A stretch of 64,000 nucleotides of DNA, from assembly GCA_965243025.1 (NCBI GenBank), contig CBDETY010000003.1, forward strand, positions 1,472,001 to 1,536,000. The letters run 5' to 3'. Positions 47,101 through 58,172 of the stretch are shown piece by piece. The notes under the pieces are model-generated. The model did not search any database. It saw nothing but the letters and a program-made list of their open reading frames with translations, and was not told the origin of the DNA. Within the stretch, counting starts at the first letter, position 1. Each line of letters begins with the position of its first letter. The position numbers were made by a program, and so were the translations under genes. The DNA comes from Candidatus Latescibacterota bacterium (lineage in GTDB: Bacteria > Latescibacterota > UBA2968 > UBA8231).

Positions 47101-47664
47101 GCCGCCGAAACCGGGACCCGCGGCGACGGGCCGCGGCCGCTGACCCGGGCGGTGATCCTCAACCTGCACAAACTGATGGCCTACAAGGACGAGTACGAGG
47201 TGGCGCGGCTGGCACTCGACCGGGAATCGCGGGAGCGGCTGGCAGGGATGTTCGACGGGGAGGTGAGGATCTCCCATTACCTGAATCCCCCCACCTTGAG
47301 GCGCTTCCGTGTCGGCAAGGTCGCCGCCGGCCCCTGGTTCCGGCCGCTGTTCTCCTGCCTGCGGGCCCTGCGCGGCCTGCGCACCACGCCCTGGGATCCC
47401 TTCGGCCGCACTCCATGCCGGAAGCTCGAGCGCGAGCTGGTGGCCTGGTACAGGAACCTGGTGCAGGAGGTGGCGGAGCTGTTGTCGCGGCCCGGAACCA
47501 CGGCCGCTGACCGCACCCGGGCGGTGGAGATCGCCGAGGCTCCCGACTCGATCCGCGGGTACGAGCAGGTCAAGATCGAATCCGCGGCGAAGGCGAGGGC
47601 TCAGGCCGAGACCCGGTTGCGGGACCTGCGAGGACGAACGGACCCCGATAGCGTTTCCAGGTAG
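44152..47664 (+). CDS. Indolepyruvate:ferredoxin oxidoreductase family protein (fused alpha-beta)
   Basis: DKY.L..G.VFLTG..A..RL, SGY.GSPLG, WYGK, CGGCPYN, GDGSYFHSG, CEGCGDC, GLAQKGG, KLMAYKDEYEVARL, IRGY..VK. The N-terminal motif lies upstream of GTG 44245, so an ATC start is proposed. Confidence 0.92.
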   Translation: MIPANTRIEDKYELEEGTVFLTGIEAIVRLLVEKQRRDELRSGAGTVNQTYVSGYEGSPLGGLDLEIASQLEVLNRRGRTVHQFGINEKTAASAMLGTQYAPSADVDAFWYGKAHGAMWIPDEVWLANLAGTSGSGSMVLLCGEDHRSKSSVSPGSSDWVLRGSMVPVFYPASVGEILSLGMHAVHLSRFLGVVTALKLATPLCDGAGTVRLRDARPDIQLPRTGFEKRFSPIVMALGALPMQKELVEEKLPLAEEYVRLNRLNRIHPGKGTGPEAAGIIATGKSFPDVRQALEIIGVEVPVLQLSVTYPLDQEIIREFAGTFDLRTVYLVEEPGPFVEEGVKSALWGSRVEEVYGQYDEGGKPFVPSWGEVDPERIAQLLGPRLLPSAHAPASPLYGRLEDILGRSYPEVPKVAPMSCGGCPYNAFRDLKGEKPGGAIGCSSIRAMEAYDYGVLYIPTMGAGGSIYSGTAPFNGNRHSYQYLGDGSYFHSGRGAVQSCVQGGVNITFLLLFNGAVALTGGQRPGGQRSVSEVAGELLSLGVREVGIVSEEPRRYRSLKGENVRVFGLDRHAEALARFKGVAGTTALILDKECATEKGRRRRRLGEKPESYILVDERLCEGCGDCYRQSEGCAALYGTETEFGEKTQIRQASCVQDGLCVDGECPSFVKVTPRSGSVGLRRATPEPLRDVPEPPSHPDLDSGDYTIFAVGRGGTGVVTISHLVAYAGMLDGLNVYLSNNTGLAQKGGPVEAPIVFSRRRQPVFNRLFPGSSDLYLGFDLLRAAEPGNLRFASADRTVALVSTTRIPTAQMNRNPGGKFPDPDYLAGLIDQCSRKPDNIYIDSFWLAEKLFGDSLYANMLLLGAAYQAGRLPLRAASIEAAIALNGKAVEANVQAFRWGRLAVADPARLQAHVGPVVPDGADLVRENRGKLGSGSQRSLHDEALQSLDLPAELAARFSVRIADLISYQDESYAREYVDLVRTVAAAETGTRGDGPRPLTRAVILNLHKLMAYKDEYEVARLALDRESRERLAGMFDGEVRISHYLNPPTLRRFRVGKVAAGPWFRPLFSCLRALRGLRTTPWDPFGRTPCRKLERELVAWYRNLVQEVAELLSRPGTTAADRTRAVEIAEAPDSIRGYEQVKIESAAKARAQAETRLRDLRGRTDPDSVSR

Positions 47665-47674
47665 ACGGCGTTGC

Positions 47675-48571
47675 TCAGCGCAAGGGGACTTCCGCAACTC
47701 CGCCCGAGCGCCGGGCTTTGCGCATCGACCTGAGAAGGGCGAAGTCCCGGGCTGTTTCTTCCCCGGGAGGCCCTCCCGCGTCACCTTCGGCGACCGCCCG
47801 GCAGAAGGCCTGGAGCCAGGCCGGTTCGGGGCGCAGGCCGGGAGGTTGACGCACTTCCTCGCCCCCCGGTCCGAAGGCGACGACCCGGTTGGACCCGGCG
47901 GCGTAGGTCAACATCCCCCCGCTTCCGAGAAACAGGAAATCCCCTTCCGGAGCGCCGGCCCGGATCGCGGCGAGCTGGGCGGTGGCGCGATTGGCGAAAG
48001 AGACGGTGGCGGTCGCGTGCACCCCCCGTCCAGCCGCGGCCGCGGTGACGTGAAGGCGCGACGGCCCGGAGCGAACAAGCGCCGCCGCCTGGGAGCAGGC
48101 GTCGGCCAGGGCCCACCAGGTCGCCGTCATGCTTCCCCCTCCCGCCTCGACCGCGGCGCGCAGGAAGACCGGCCGGCCGAAGTCGTTTTCGCCGCTCGCT
48201 TTCAGCAGCCGCGCATGTGCGCTGCCAAACCCGTACGACCCGGCCCAGCTCAAGGCAACGCCGCACTCGCGGGCAGTACTGCGGAGCTCCTCGAGACGGT
48301 CCGCAGAGGTCGCCGGAATGCCGCGGCAGAGCACGTGAAAGCCGGCCCTGAGGGCGGCGCCTGCGTCGCGCTCGAGGTTCGGGCGGGGCGCCAGGAAACA
48401 GGCGATTCTGCTGTCGCCCTCAGTGGCGGACAGGGCGGTGCCCAGCGTAGCGAACGAGGGGATCCCAGGGAGCCGCACCGGACCGGCGGCGGAGGCGATC
48501 TCCAGGCTCGCCGCAAGCTCCTCGACGAGGGGCCGCTGGCCCCTTCCGGCGACCAGGCAGACGGCGCTCAC
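47675..48571 (-). CDS. Degenerate Gfo/Idh/MocA-like protein
   Basis: AALRAGFHVLC, DFGRPVFLR, ATVSFANRATA resemble the family scaffold. GTGA overlap with the upstream gene. Confidence 0.55.
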   Translation of the reverse strand: MSAVCLVAGRGQRPLVEELAASLEIASAAGPVRLPGIPSFATLGTALSATEGDSRIACFLAPRPNLERDAGAALRAGFHVLCRGIPATSADRLEELRSTARECGVALSWAGSYGFGSAHARLLKASGENDFGRPVFLRAAVEAGGGSMTATWWALADACSQAAALVRSGPSRLHVTAAAAGRGVHATATVSFANRATAQLAAIRAGAPEGDFLFLGSGGMLTYAAGSNRVVAFGPGGEEVRQPPGLRPEPAWLQAFCRAVAEGDAGGPPGEETARDFALLRSMRKARRSGGVAEVPLR

Positions 48572-49698
48572 GAGCCATCCCTTTCCGGCAGGCGCACCGG
48601 CCCGTTCTCGACGATGGAGCGGTACCCGGCGAGCAGGATTTCCATGTGGTCCCGCGCCTCGGCGGCGGAGTAGAGCGGCTGCCGGTCCTCGTCGATCGCC
48701 GCCACGAGATCTTCCAGCCCGTTGCCGAGGCAGGCGTCGTCGACCAGCGGCGAGGCCGTGGTCGGCGAGGGGGTGTGCCACTGCATCGGATCTTCGGCCG
48801 GGGGGTGGTAGTTCGTTGCCGTCACGGTCCGGCTGAGCGTGGTTTCGAGCAGCGGGCGCCTGGCGTCGACCAGGGCGCTGCGCTCGCTGCCGACGAGCCA
48901 GGCGCGCAACGGCCCTCCCCCGGCATGGGTGGCCACGCCGACGCGTCCGGCGCACAGCGTCGCCAGGCGGCCTTCCGCATCGACCAGGGTCATGGTGGCG
49001 AAATCCTCGGCGCGGCGGGCGGCGTGCTGTGAGAAGAAATGAGCCCCGCCGTGGGCGAGCACCTCCCTGACCGGCCCCAGGCAGCGCTGCACGAGTCCCA
49101 CGGAATAGGCGCCGACCGTCAGCAGCTCCCGCTTGATGTCGGGGAACTTCCAGCGCCCGGCGGGCAGGAAATCCCCGGGGACGGACAGATCCGGCTCGGG
49201 CCAGCCCTTGCAGAAAAGGATGTCGGAGTGGACGGCCATCAGCTCCCCGAGCCCGCCGTTGTCGATCAGATCGCGGCACCGGCTCACCAGGGTCCCGTAG
49301 GTGTAGCTCGGCACGATCGCGCGAACCCCGGAACGGGCAACGGCGTCGACGACGGCGTCGCACTCCTCGAGGCTGCCCCCCATGAACTTGTCGATCCAGA
49401 GGTGCTTTCCCGCGCCCGCGGCGCGCACCGCGAGGTCGGCCCGGCGCTCGATCTCGTGGCCGATGCTGACGATGTCGACTCCTTCGATGGCCAGGGCGTC
49501 GTCCACCCCCTCGATGCAGGGAACGCCGATCTCCCGGGCCCGCTGGCGGTTCAATTCCCGCAGGCGGGGCTCGACGTCGGGTTCGTCGGCGACGGCGACG
49601 ATGCGCACGCGCGGATGGTTCCGGTACAGGGGGACGAAGGAGTCCTGGTGACTGTGGCGGCTGAAGCTTACCAGCAGCACGCCGTAGGTTGCGGGCAT
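48568..49698 (-). CDS. Gfo/Idh/MocA family oxidoreductase
   Basis: IVAVAD, VDIVSI, AGKHLWIDKF, GGLGEL, EDFATM. ATG at 49698. Confidence 0.85.
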   Translation of the reverse strand: MPATYGVLLVSFSRHSHQDSFVPLYRNHPRVRIVAVADEPDVEPRLRELNRQRAREIGVPCIEGVDDALAIEGVDIVSIGHEIERRADLAVRAAGAGKHLWIDKFMGGSLEECDAVVDAVARSGVRAIVPSYTYGTLVSRCRDLIDNGGLGELMAVHSDILFCKGWPEPDLSVPGDFLPAGRWKFPDIKRELLTVGAYSVGLVQRCLGPVREVLAHGGAHFFSQHAARRAEDFATMTLVDAEGRLATLCAGRVGVATHAGGGPLRAWLVGSERSALVDARRPLLETTLSRTVTATNYHPPAEDPMQWHTPSPTTASPLVDDACLGNGLEDLVAAIDEDRQPLYSAAEARDHMEILLAGYRSIVENGPVRLPERDGS

Positions 49699-49768
49699 TC
49701 CGTTCCAGGAGGTTGGGAGTGGGCCCGCGCGGGGACGTCGGTCCGGGCGGGGTGGCGAACGAGCCGGC

Positions 49769-49797
49769 AAGATAGGGAGGGGGAATACCCCTGTAAA
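49769..49797 (-). promoter_or_regulatory. Putative sigma70 promoter for the Gfo/Idh/MocA pair
   Basis: Minus strand TTTACA-N17-TATCTT. Confidence 0.5.
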
Positions 49798-49861
49798 CCG
49801 GATCGCCCCGGCCTTCTGCAGGGGTTCCGCAACCGGGGATTGCCGAACCCGGTCGGTCCCG

Positions 49862-50548
49862 TCAGGTGCCCCGGGTGTTGCCCCACAGGTCGATGTGCAG
49901 ACGGCCGCTGAAGCTGAACCCTTCCTGCTTGCAGATTTCCGCCACCCAGCGGCCGCGCTCTCTCAGCTGCTTCCCTTCGACCCCCTCGGGCATGAGAAAT
50001 ACCTGGTGCCGCGGGATCGACAGCTCCTCGACGAGGCGCACCACCTCGGCCGTATCCTCCGCAGCCTGGAGCACGAACTTGAACTGGAGGTCGATTCCCG
50101 ACTCGAGGAATCGCGGCAGCGGCTCGAAGCTGTTGTTGCGGAGGTGAAGGGCCCGCTGGGCCGCGTGGACCGGGTCGGGGGTGCTGTTGGCGAGCTTGGG
50201 GGAAAGGCTGAACAAGTCGGGCCGCACCCCGGGCTGGAAGACCGTCCCCGCGGTCTCGATGGTGGTGTGGTGTCCGCGTTCTCTCAGCGCATCCACGAGG
50301 GGGGCGAGGTCCTTCTGCAGCAGCGGCTCGCCGCCGGTGATCACCGCGTGGGGAACGGCGCTCCAGGCCGCGGTCTCCTCCATGATCGCGGCCACGCTCA
50401 TCTGCCTGCCCTCGGGGTTCCAGGAGGTGTAGGGGGTGTCGCACCAGGAGCATCTCAGGTTGCATCCCGAGGTGCGGATGAAGATGCAGGGCGCCCCGGT
50501 GTAGCGGCCCTCCCCCTGGAGGGTGTGGAAGATCTCCGATATCAGCAT
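49862..50548 (-). CDS. queE: 7-carboxy-7-deazaguanine synthase (radical SAM)
   Basis: EIF.TLQGEG, FIRTSGCNLRCSWCDT, ITGGEP, IETAG, SPK, RLH. Confidence 0.93.
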   Translation of the reverse strand: MLISEIFHTLQGEGRYTGAPCIFIRTSGCNLRCSWCDTPYTSWNPEGRQMSVAAIMEETAAWSAVPHAVITGGEPLLQKDLAPLVDALRERGHHTTIETAGTVFQPGVRPDLFSLSPKLANSTPDPVHAAQRALHLRNNSFEPLPRFLESGIDLQFKFVLQAAEDTAEVVRLVEELSIPRHQVFLMPEGVEGKQLRERGRWVAEICKQEGFSFSGRLHIDLWGNTRGT

Positions 50549-50577
50549 CTGCCCGCAGCCTTTGTCAACAGACAGGG

Positions 50578-50907
50578 TCATGCGCCGAGCAGCCGGTCGA
50601 CCTTGGCGGCGCAGATGAAGTCGTTCTCCGAGAGGCCGTCGATCGCGTGGGTGCGGTACTTCACCTTGCAGGCCCTGTACCCGACCTCGAGGTCGGGGTG
50701 GTGGTTCTCCCTGTTGGCGACCCAGGCCACGGCGTTCACGAAGGAAATGGTTTCGGAGTAGTTCCTGAAACGGAACCTCTTCTGTATGCAGCCGGCTGCC
50801 GCCGTCCAGCCCGGGACCGATGCGAGGTGGGTCTCGATTTCCGCCTCGGTCATCGGGGGCACGCCGGCTTCGCACGGCTTGCAGGATCTGGCTGCCAGGT
50901 CGCTCAT
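50578..50907 (-). CDS. Pterin-4-alpha-carbinolamine dehydratase
   Basis: [26 protein letters not shown]. Confidence 0.93.
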   Translation of the reverse strand: MSDLAARSCKPCEAGVPPMTEAEIETHLASVPGWTAAAGCIQKRFRFRNYSETISFVNAVAWVANRENHHPDLEVGYRACKVKYRTHAIDGLSENDFICAAKVDRLLGA

Positions 50908-51071
50908 GGGAATGCGGATCTCCCGGTCGTGGGTGGGCTGAAATGCAACGGGTTCGACGAAAGGTACCTCTGCGCGGGGGGGCCTTCAAACGTACATTTT
51001 CCTGGGTCCGCCGGGTCGCTCCGGCCGCCGGGCCGCGGGACTCCGGAGACCGCCGCAATGGTGAATGGGGA

Positions 51072-51614
51072 ATGGAAAACACCTACAGAAAGCTGATCGA
51101 ACAGATCGGGGAGAACCCCGACCGCGAAGGACTGGCGTACACCCCCGAACGGGCCGCCAGGGCCATGGAGTACCTCACCCAGGGGTACCGGTCCTCCCCG
51201 GCCGAGGCGGTCGGGGATGCCATCTACGATTCCTGCTCCGACGAAATGGTGGTGGTCAAGAACATCGAGCTGTACTCGCTGTGCGAGCACCACATCCTGC
51301 CGTTCTTCGGCAAGTGCCACGTCGCCTATCTGCCAAGGGGCAGGGTGATCGGGCTGTCGAAGGTGGCGCGCATCGTCGACGTGTTCGCCCGCCGTCTGCA
51401 GATCCAGGAAAACCTCACCATGGAGATCGCCGACTCCCTGATGGATCTGCTCAATCCCCTCGGAGTGGGAGTCGTAATCCAGGCGCGCCACCTGTGCATG
51501 ATGATGCGCGGCGTGGAGAAGCAGAACTCCGAGATGGTGACTTCCCGCATGCTGGGAAGCTTCCGGGAAAACGGCCAGACGAGGTCCGAGTTCCTATCCC
51601 TGATCGCGGACTGA
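51072..51614 (+). CDS. folE: GTP cyclohydrolase I (type IA)
   Basis: [41 protein letters not shown]. Confidence 0.97.
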   Translation: MENTYRKLIEQIGENPDREGLAYTPERAARAMEYLTQGYRSSPAEAVGDAIYDSCSDEMVVVKNIELYSLCEHHILPFFGKCHVAYLPRGRVIGLSKVARIVDVFARRLQIQENLTMEIADSLMDLLNPLGVGVVIQARHLCMMMRGVEKQNSEMVTSRMLGSFRENGQTRSEFLSLIAD

Positions 51615-54600
51615 GCCCGGCAGTCCGGGCAGGCGCGGCGATCGCCTGCGCCGCGGCGCTGTTTTCCGCCGGAACCGGGGCAGCGGAGAATCCCCCGTAC
51701 GCGCCGGGGGAGGTCCTGGTCCGGTGGTCGCAGGGGACCGCGGCCAAGATCGCCGCAGGATGGCCGTCGCTTCTCGACCGGTTGCCCCCGGAGTACGGCT
51801 GGGTCGAGGAGACCCCCGTCGTTTCCCGAGGGACGCGTGCGGCTGCCAAGGCGAGCGCCGGCGCTTCCGGCATGGCTGCCTGGAGCCTGTTGCGCTACAG
51901 CGCCGGTACCGATCCGGCCGCGGTCGCCTCGGACCTGCGCGGCCGCCCCGTGGTGGCCCGCGCCCAACCCAACTACCTCCGCACCTTCGCCTCCCCTCCG
52001 GACGACCCGCTGTTCGCCGAGCAGAACAACCTCGCCGCCATCGGCTGGGACCAGTCGCTGGCAAGCGGCGGCGGAGTGGTCGTCGCCATCATCGATTCCG
52101 GCATCGACCGGGAGCACCCCGACCTCGCCTCCCAGCTGTGGCGCAACCCGGAGGAGGCGGCCGGGCGGGCCGGGGTGGACGACGACGGCAACGGCTACGT
52201 CGACGACGTGACCGGCTGGGACTTCACCGACGCCCCGGGGCTGCCCGGGGACGGGGATTTCCGGGTCCGCGACCCCGACCCGGATGACGAGTCCGGGCAC
52301 GGAACGCACGTGGCCGGTATCGTCGCCGCGGCGGCCGGCAACGGCATCGGCGTCGCCGGGGTCGCGCCCGGGGTGAGACTGATGGCCCTGCGCGCCGGTT
52401 TCACGGTCTCCGGCTCCGGTTTCCTCGAGGACGACGACATCGCCGCGGCCGCGGTGTACGCCGTCGACCACGGCGCCGACATCCTCAACATGAGCTTCGG
52501 AGATCCGGTCTCTTCCCCCGTAATCAGGGACGTCGTCCGTTACGCGCAGTCCGCCGGCTGCCTCGTGGTGGCCGCCGTCGGCAACGAGGGGAGCGACGAG
52601 GTCTTCTACCCGGCCCGCATGGAGGAGGTCGTGGCCGTGGCCGCCGCCGACGACGAGGGCAGGCCGCTCGCCTTCTCCAACCGGGGGTACAGCGTCGACA
52701 TCGCCGCCCCCGGGTTCCTCGTCCACGGACCTGTGCCCGGCGGGGAGTACGCGCAGCGCTCCGGGACGTCGATGGCGACAGCCCATGTCTCGGGCGTCGC
52801 CGCGGTCGCCTGGTCGCGACAGCCGCAGCTCACCGCCGGGCAGGTGCGCGGCGCCCTGGCCAACGGCGCCGCGGATGTCGGCGCCCCGGGATGGGACCGC
52901 TGGTCGGGAGCGGGCCTGGTCCAGATGGCCGCGGCCCGCATCGGCGATCCGGCCGCGGTAGCCCTCACCGAGCCGGCTTCCGGGGTTGTCCGCGCCGGGG
53001 AGGTGACCGTGCGCGGCCGCGTCTGGGGGGAAGGGGTGGAGTACGACCTCACCTGGGGGCGCGGATCTTTTCCGGAGTCCCGCGAGCTCCTTCTCAGCGG
53101 GAGAACCAGTGGGGCTGCCAATCGGTTCGAGGCCACCTGGCCGGCAGCGGATCTCCCTCCCGGTCCGTATCTGCTGCGGCTGCTTGCTGTCGCGGGGGCG
53201 CACAGGCATTCGCAGCGGATCCTGCTCGATCTCCGGCCCGCCGCGGCCGAGGTGTCGGACCTGCGCCTGGCGCGCGCCCTGGACGGAGCGGGGTGGACAG
53301 ATATCCTGCGGTGGGAAACGAGCGCCCCCGAGGCGGGGACTGTGACCCTGCTCGAGGCGGCATCGGGCGACACGGTGTTTCAGATCCCCCTGGGCTCGGA
53401 TCGCCTCGAGCACTCCGTTCCCCTGCCGGCAGATCTCGTACCCGGAGAGTACACGGCCATCGTTCTGCCTGCCGCCGGCGCAGCGGAAAGCGCAGGAAGG
53501 CTGGACATCGCCATCGGCGGTACCGGCATCCACCGCTGGACCCTCAGGCAATCCGGCACGATCCCCGACGGGTACCTGCTGCCGCAGCCGACCGATTTCG
53601 ACGGCGACGGAATCCCGGAGATCGTCGCCATGGGGTACGGCGGCCCCGGGTACAACCCCGCCGGCTTCTTCGAGCTTCCCTCCGGTTCCCGCCCCGTTCA
53701 CCTCTCCTCGAGGCCGTTCATCCCGTGGAACGCCCACGACCTCGACGGCGACGGCAGGGGGGAGATCATGGCGGTCGATGCCGAGCGGGTGCGCCTGGTC
53801 GAGACCGCGGAGCACGGATCCTTTCCGACCGAGGTGGTCTTCGAGATCACGGAGGTCTGGGGGGGCGAGGTGGGGGACGGGGACGGCGACGGCCGCATGG
53901 AGATGTTCCTGCGCTCCAGCCGTTCCGAGCAGTTCCGGGTCTTCGAGAACAGCGGCGGCGATTCCTTCGAGGGGACCGGGACCCTGCCGAACCCCTCCGA
54001 AGGCCTGGACGGGCTGGGGGACCGCCAGGTCGCCGGTGACCTCGACGGCGACGGCAGCCTCGAGCTGCTCGCCGGAGACGAGGACGGGGACATCTTCATC
54101 TACGAGAGCATCGCCGACGACACCTGGCGCAACACCTGGCTCGAGCGCCTGGAAGCGGGAGACAGCCGCGTGCTGGGGGGGCCGTTCGACACCGACGCCG
54201 ACGGCCGGCTCGAGTTCGCGGTGGCCAGCCTGGCGGCGAACCTGTTCGACCCTGGGGAGACGATATGGACGCTGGCAGTTCTCGAAGCCGCCGGGGACAA
54301 CCGCTACGAAACGCGCTGGAGCTTCGAGGTCATCGGGGGAGCGAGCGCGGGCAACGGAATCAGCTCCGGGGATTTCGACGCCGACGGTGTTCCGGAGATC
54401 GCCGTCGCCCTGGTGCCCGACCTCTACCTGCTGAGAGCGGATCCTGCCGGGGCCTTGGAGCCTGTCTGGCACATGGAGGTCTCGAGGGTGAACCGGCCCC
54501 TGGTCGCCGACGTCGACGCCGACGGGGTCGTCGATCTCGTCGCCAACTCGGAGGATGCCCTGCAGGTGCATTCGCTGCCTTTTGCCGACAACCAGGGGCT

Positions 54601-55753
54601 TCGTCTCGATGCCCCGGCCAGCTTCTCGGCGCACGCCGGGGGAGAGGGGTCGGTCCTGCTCTCCTGGACCGCCGCAGCGGGCGCGCGCAGCTACCGCATT
54701 TTCCGCGCGGACGGGAACGAGGGGGAGCTGCCGGTGCTGGTGGAGTCGCTGCGCGAAACCGGTTACGAAGACCGGGATGTCCTGGCCGGCAGTCCATACA
54801 GATACGCGGTTGCCGCCCTGGATTCGCTCTCGGGAGAACCCGGCCACCGGTCGCCGGAAGTCACGGTCACTCCGGAGCCGAACCCCCGGATCGAAGCGGT
54901 CCTGCGGGCGGCGGAAAATCAGCTTTCGGTGCGGTTCGACACGGAAATGGGCGGCGAGATCGGCGAGCACTTCCGCTACCGGGTCGAGGGATTCGGCATT
55001 GCCGGATCCGCCGCGGTGCACGCAGGGGCCAGGCGGGTGCTTCTCACCTTCTCCGCTCTGCCGGCCGAGGGGGAGCTGGCCCTGGTGACCAGGGGTCTTC
55101 GCAACAGCAGGGGGACCCCCCTCGATGCGGACCGGTTCCTTTTCGCCCTGTCCCCCCGGGCTGCGGCGATACGCCTTGTGAGGGCCGAGCCCGAATCGCC
55201 GACCCGCCTCGTCCTGCACTTCAGCGAGCCGGTGGTGCTGGATGCGCAGGGAGCGCCGGGGGACAGGACGGGGATCGCCCGCCGCCACTTCGAGATCGAC
55301 GGAGGCCGCGTGCGCGTCGAGGACCTGATCCTCGATGACGGCCGGGTCATCCTGCTGTTGTCGGAAGAGACGCCCCTGCGGGCGGCGGGACGGCGCTACG
55401 AGGTCGCCCTTGTCGATCTCGCCGACGGCACCGGCCGCCCTGTCGAGGGTGCGGTCCTGGTCCAGCTGTCCCCGTCTTCACTCTCGGAGGTGTCGGTGTT
55501 TCCCAATCCCTTCGACCCCGCCCTCGGCGAGGTCACCGTTGCCGGCCTGCCGGTCGCCTCCGAGGTCACGGTGGCGACGATTTCCGGAGAGGTGGTCTGG
55601 ACGCAGTCGGAAGAGGACGGGGACGGGGGATTGCGCTGGAACGGCCGCAACGCCTACGGGAGACCGGTCGATTCCGGGCTGTACCTGGTGCGGGTCGGCC
55701 ACCGGGGCGTTACGAGGCTGCGCAAGCTCGCGGTAATCCGGGGCGCTGAGTGA
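51611..55753 (+). CDS. Secreted S8 (subtilisin) protease with FG-GAP repeats, FN3/Ig-like domains and FlgD-Ig-like C-terminal tag
   Basis: [18 protein letters not shown] triad; about seven DxDxDG motifs; FN3 (VLLSW...YRI.R...YRYAV); VFPNPF...WNGRN..G..V.SGLYL. The signal peptide begins at CTG 51611. Confidence 0.9.
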   Translation: MSPAVRAGAAIACAAALFSAGTGAAENPPYAPGEVLVRWSQGTAAKIAAGWPSLLDRLPPEYGWVEETPVVSRGTRAAAKASAGASGMAAWSLLRYSAGTDPAAVASDLRGRPVVARAQPNYLRTFASPPDDPLFAEQNNLAAIGWDQSLASGGGVVVAIIDSGIDREHPDLASQLWRNPEEAAGRAGVDDDGNGYVDDVTGWDFTDAPGLPGDGDFRVRDPDPDDESGHGTHVAGIVAAAAGNGIGVAGVAPGVRLMALRAGFTVSGSGFLEDDDIAAAAVYAVDHGADILNMSFGDPVSSPVIRDVVRYAQSAGCLVVAAVGNEGSDEVFYPARMEEVVAVAAADDEGRPLAFSNRGYSVDIAAPGFLVHGPVPGGEYAQRSGTSMATAHVSGVAAVAWSRQPQLTAGQVRGALANGAADVGAPGWDRWSGAGLVQMAAARIGDPAAVALTEPASGVVRAGEVTVRGRVWGEGVEYDLTWGRGSFPESRELLLSGRTSGAANRFEATWPAADLPPGPYLLRLLAVAGAHRHSQRILLDLRPAAAEVSDLRLARALDGAGWTDILRWETSAPEAGTVTLLEAASGDTVFQIPLGSDRLEHSVPLPADLVPGEYTAIVLPAAGAAESAGRLDIAIGGTGIHRWTLRQSGTIPDGYLLPQPTDFDGDGIPEIVAMGYGGPGYNPAGFFELPSGSRPVHLSSRPFIPWNAHDLDGDGRGEIMAVDAERVRLVETAEHGSFPTEVVFEITEVWGGEVGDGDGDGRMEMFLRSSRSEQFRVFENSGGDSFEGTGTLPNPSEGLDGLGDRQVAGDLDGDGSLELLAGDEDGDIFIYESIADDTWRNTWLERLEAGDSRVLGGPFDTDADGRLEFAVASLAANLFDPGETIWTLAVLEAAGDNRYETRWSFEVIGGASAGNGISSGDFDADGVPEIAVALVPDLYLLRADPAGALEPVWHMEVSRVNRPLVADVDADGVVDLVANSEDALQVHSLPFADNQGLRLDAPASFSAHAGGEGSVLLSWTAAAGARSYRIFRADGNEGELPVLVESLRETGYEDRDVLAGSPYRYAVAALDSLSGEPGHRSPEVTVTPEPNPRIEAVLRAAENQLSVRFDTEMGGEIGEHFRYRVEGFGIAGSAAVHAGARRVLLTFSALPAEGELALVTRGLRNSRGTPLDADRFLFALSPRAAAIRLVRAEPESPTRLVLHFSEPVVLDAQGAPGDRTGIARRHFEIDGGRVRVEDLILDDGRVILLLSEETPLRAAGRRYEVALVDLADGTGRPVEGAVLVQLSPSSLSEVSVFPNPFDPALGEVTVAGLPVASEVTVATISGEVVWTQSEEDGDGGLRWNGRNAYGRPVDSGLYLVRVGHRGVTRLRKLAVIRGAE

Positions 55754-55761
55754 AAGAGAAA

Positions 55762-55789
55762 CGGGCGGGAGCTCGAAAGCCCCCGCCCG
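55762..55789. terminator. Hairpin between the convergent S8 and groEL genes
   Basis: CGGGCGGG-A-GCT-CGAA-AGC-C-CCCGCCCG. The A-rich 5' flank gives a U tract on the minus strand. Confidence 0.6.
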
Positions 55790-55819
55790 CCTTTGCCGGG
55801 AAACGCTGCCTGCCCGCCG

Positions 55820-57761
<1,942 letters not shown>

Positions 57762-57827
57762 GTGTGGGTCTCCTCGGTTTGGTGTGGGGAAGGCCGCGTC
57801 GGCCTTCCATGTGGCGGATGGTAGGGA

Positions 57828-57843
57828 TGCAATGATTGTGCCA
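57828..57843 (-). promoter_or_regulatory. sigma54 (-24/-12) promoter of groESL
   Basis: Minus strand TGGCAC-AATCA-TTGCA with exact GG-N10-GC spacing, about 66 nt upstream of the groS ATG. Confidence 0.8.
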
Positions 57844-57874
57844 GTTCATTGTCAATGGCAGAAAAGGCCAGTAA

Positions 57875-57887
57875 AATCAATAGGTTG
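57875..57887 (+). promoter_or_regulatory. IHF binding site
   Basis: AATCAA-TAGG-TTG matches WATCAAN4TTR, just upstream of the -24 box. A second IHF-like site (AATCAG-TAAG-TTA) lies on the minus strand at 57973-57985. Confidence 0.6.
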
Positions 57888-58172
57888 AGAAAAAATCCCC
57901 GGATCCTTTCGGAGATGGACATTTTCCAATAATGAGAATAAAATCGCCTTCTCCAATATGTGTAGTATATGATAACTTACTGATTAGAAACAGGTTATTC
58001 GGTTATTTCCAAATTCAGGAAAATAAGCAGTGAAATTTCCCGATATGAGAACAATGCGAGCTGAATCGAGTGTCGGATGGGAGTCCGGAGCCAGGGCTTT
58101 CGCGCCTTCGGGAAAGAAGGGGCAGGGGGTCGGGTCAGGCCCCCGGCGAACGCTGTCTTGGGGAGATGAGGC

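Noticed and set aside
50908-51071. Possible preQ1 riboswitch upstream of PCD-queE or folE
   Set aside because: No preQ1-I stem-loop with an A-rich tail is recognisable on either strand.
51065-51610. N-terminal 182 aa of the 1562-aa ORF (and similar extensions of coaBC from 4332, trpA from 27432, mgtE from 29583)
   Set aside because: Alternate-frame or antisense overlap with neighbouring real genes; Arg/Pro-rich nonsense.
49862-51614. queE/folE as part of a 7-deazaguanine DNA-modification (dpd) defence island
   Set aside because: No dpdA/tgt-like, helicase or nuclease genes are nearby, and there is no compositional anomaly.
51326-55288. 1320-aa minus-strand ORF
   Set aside because: Antisense shadow of the S8 protease. 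High-GC codon bias suppresses stops, and it has no motifs.
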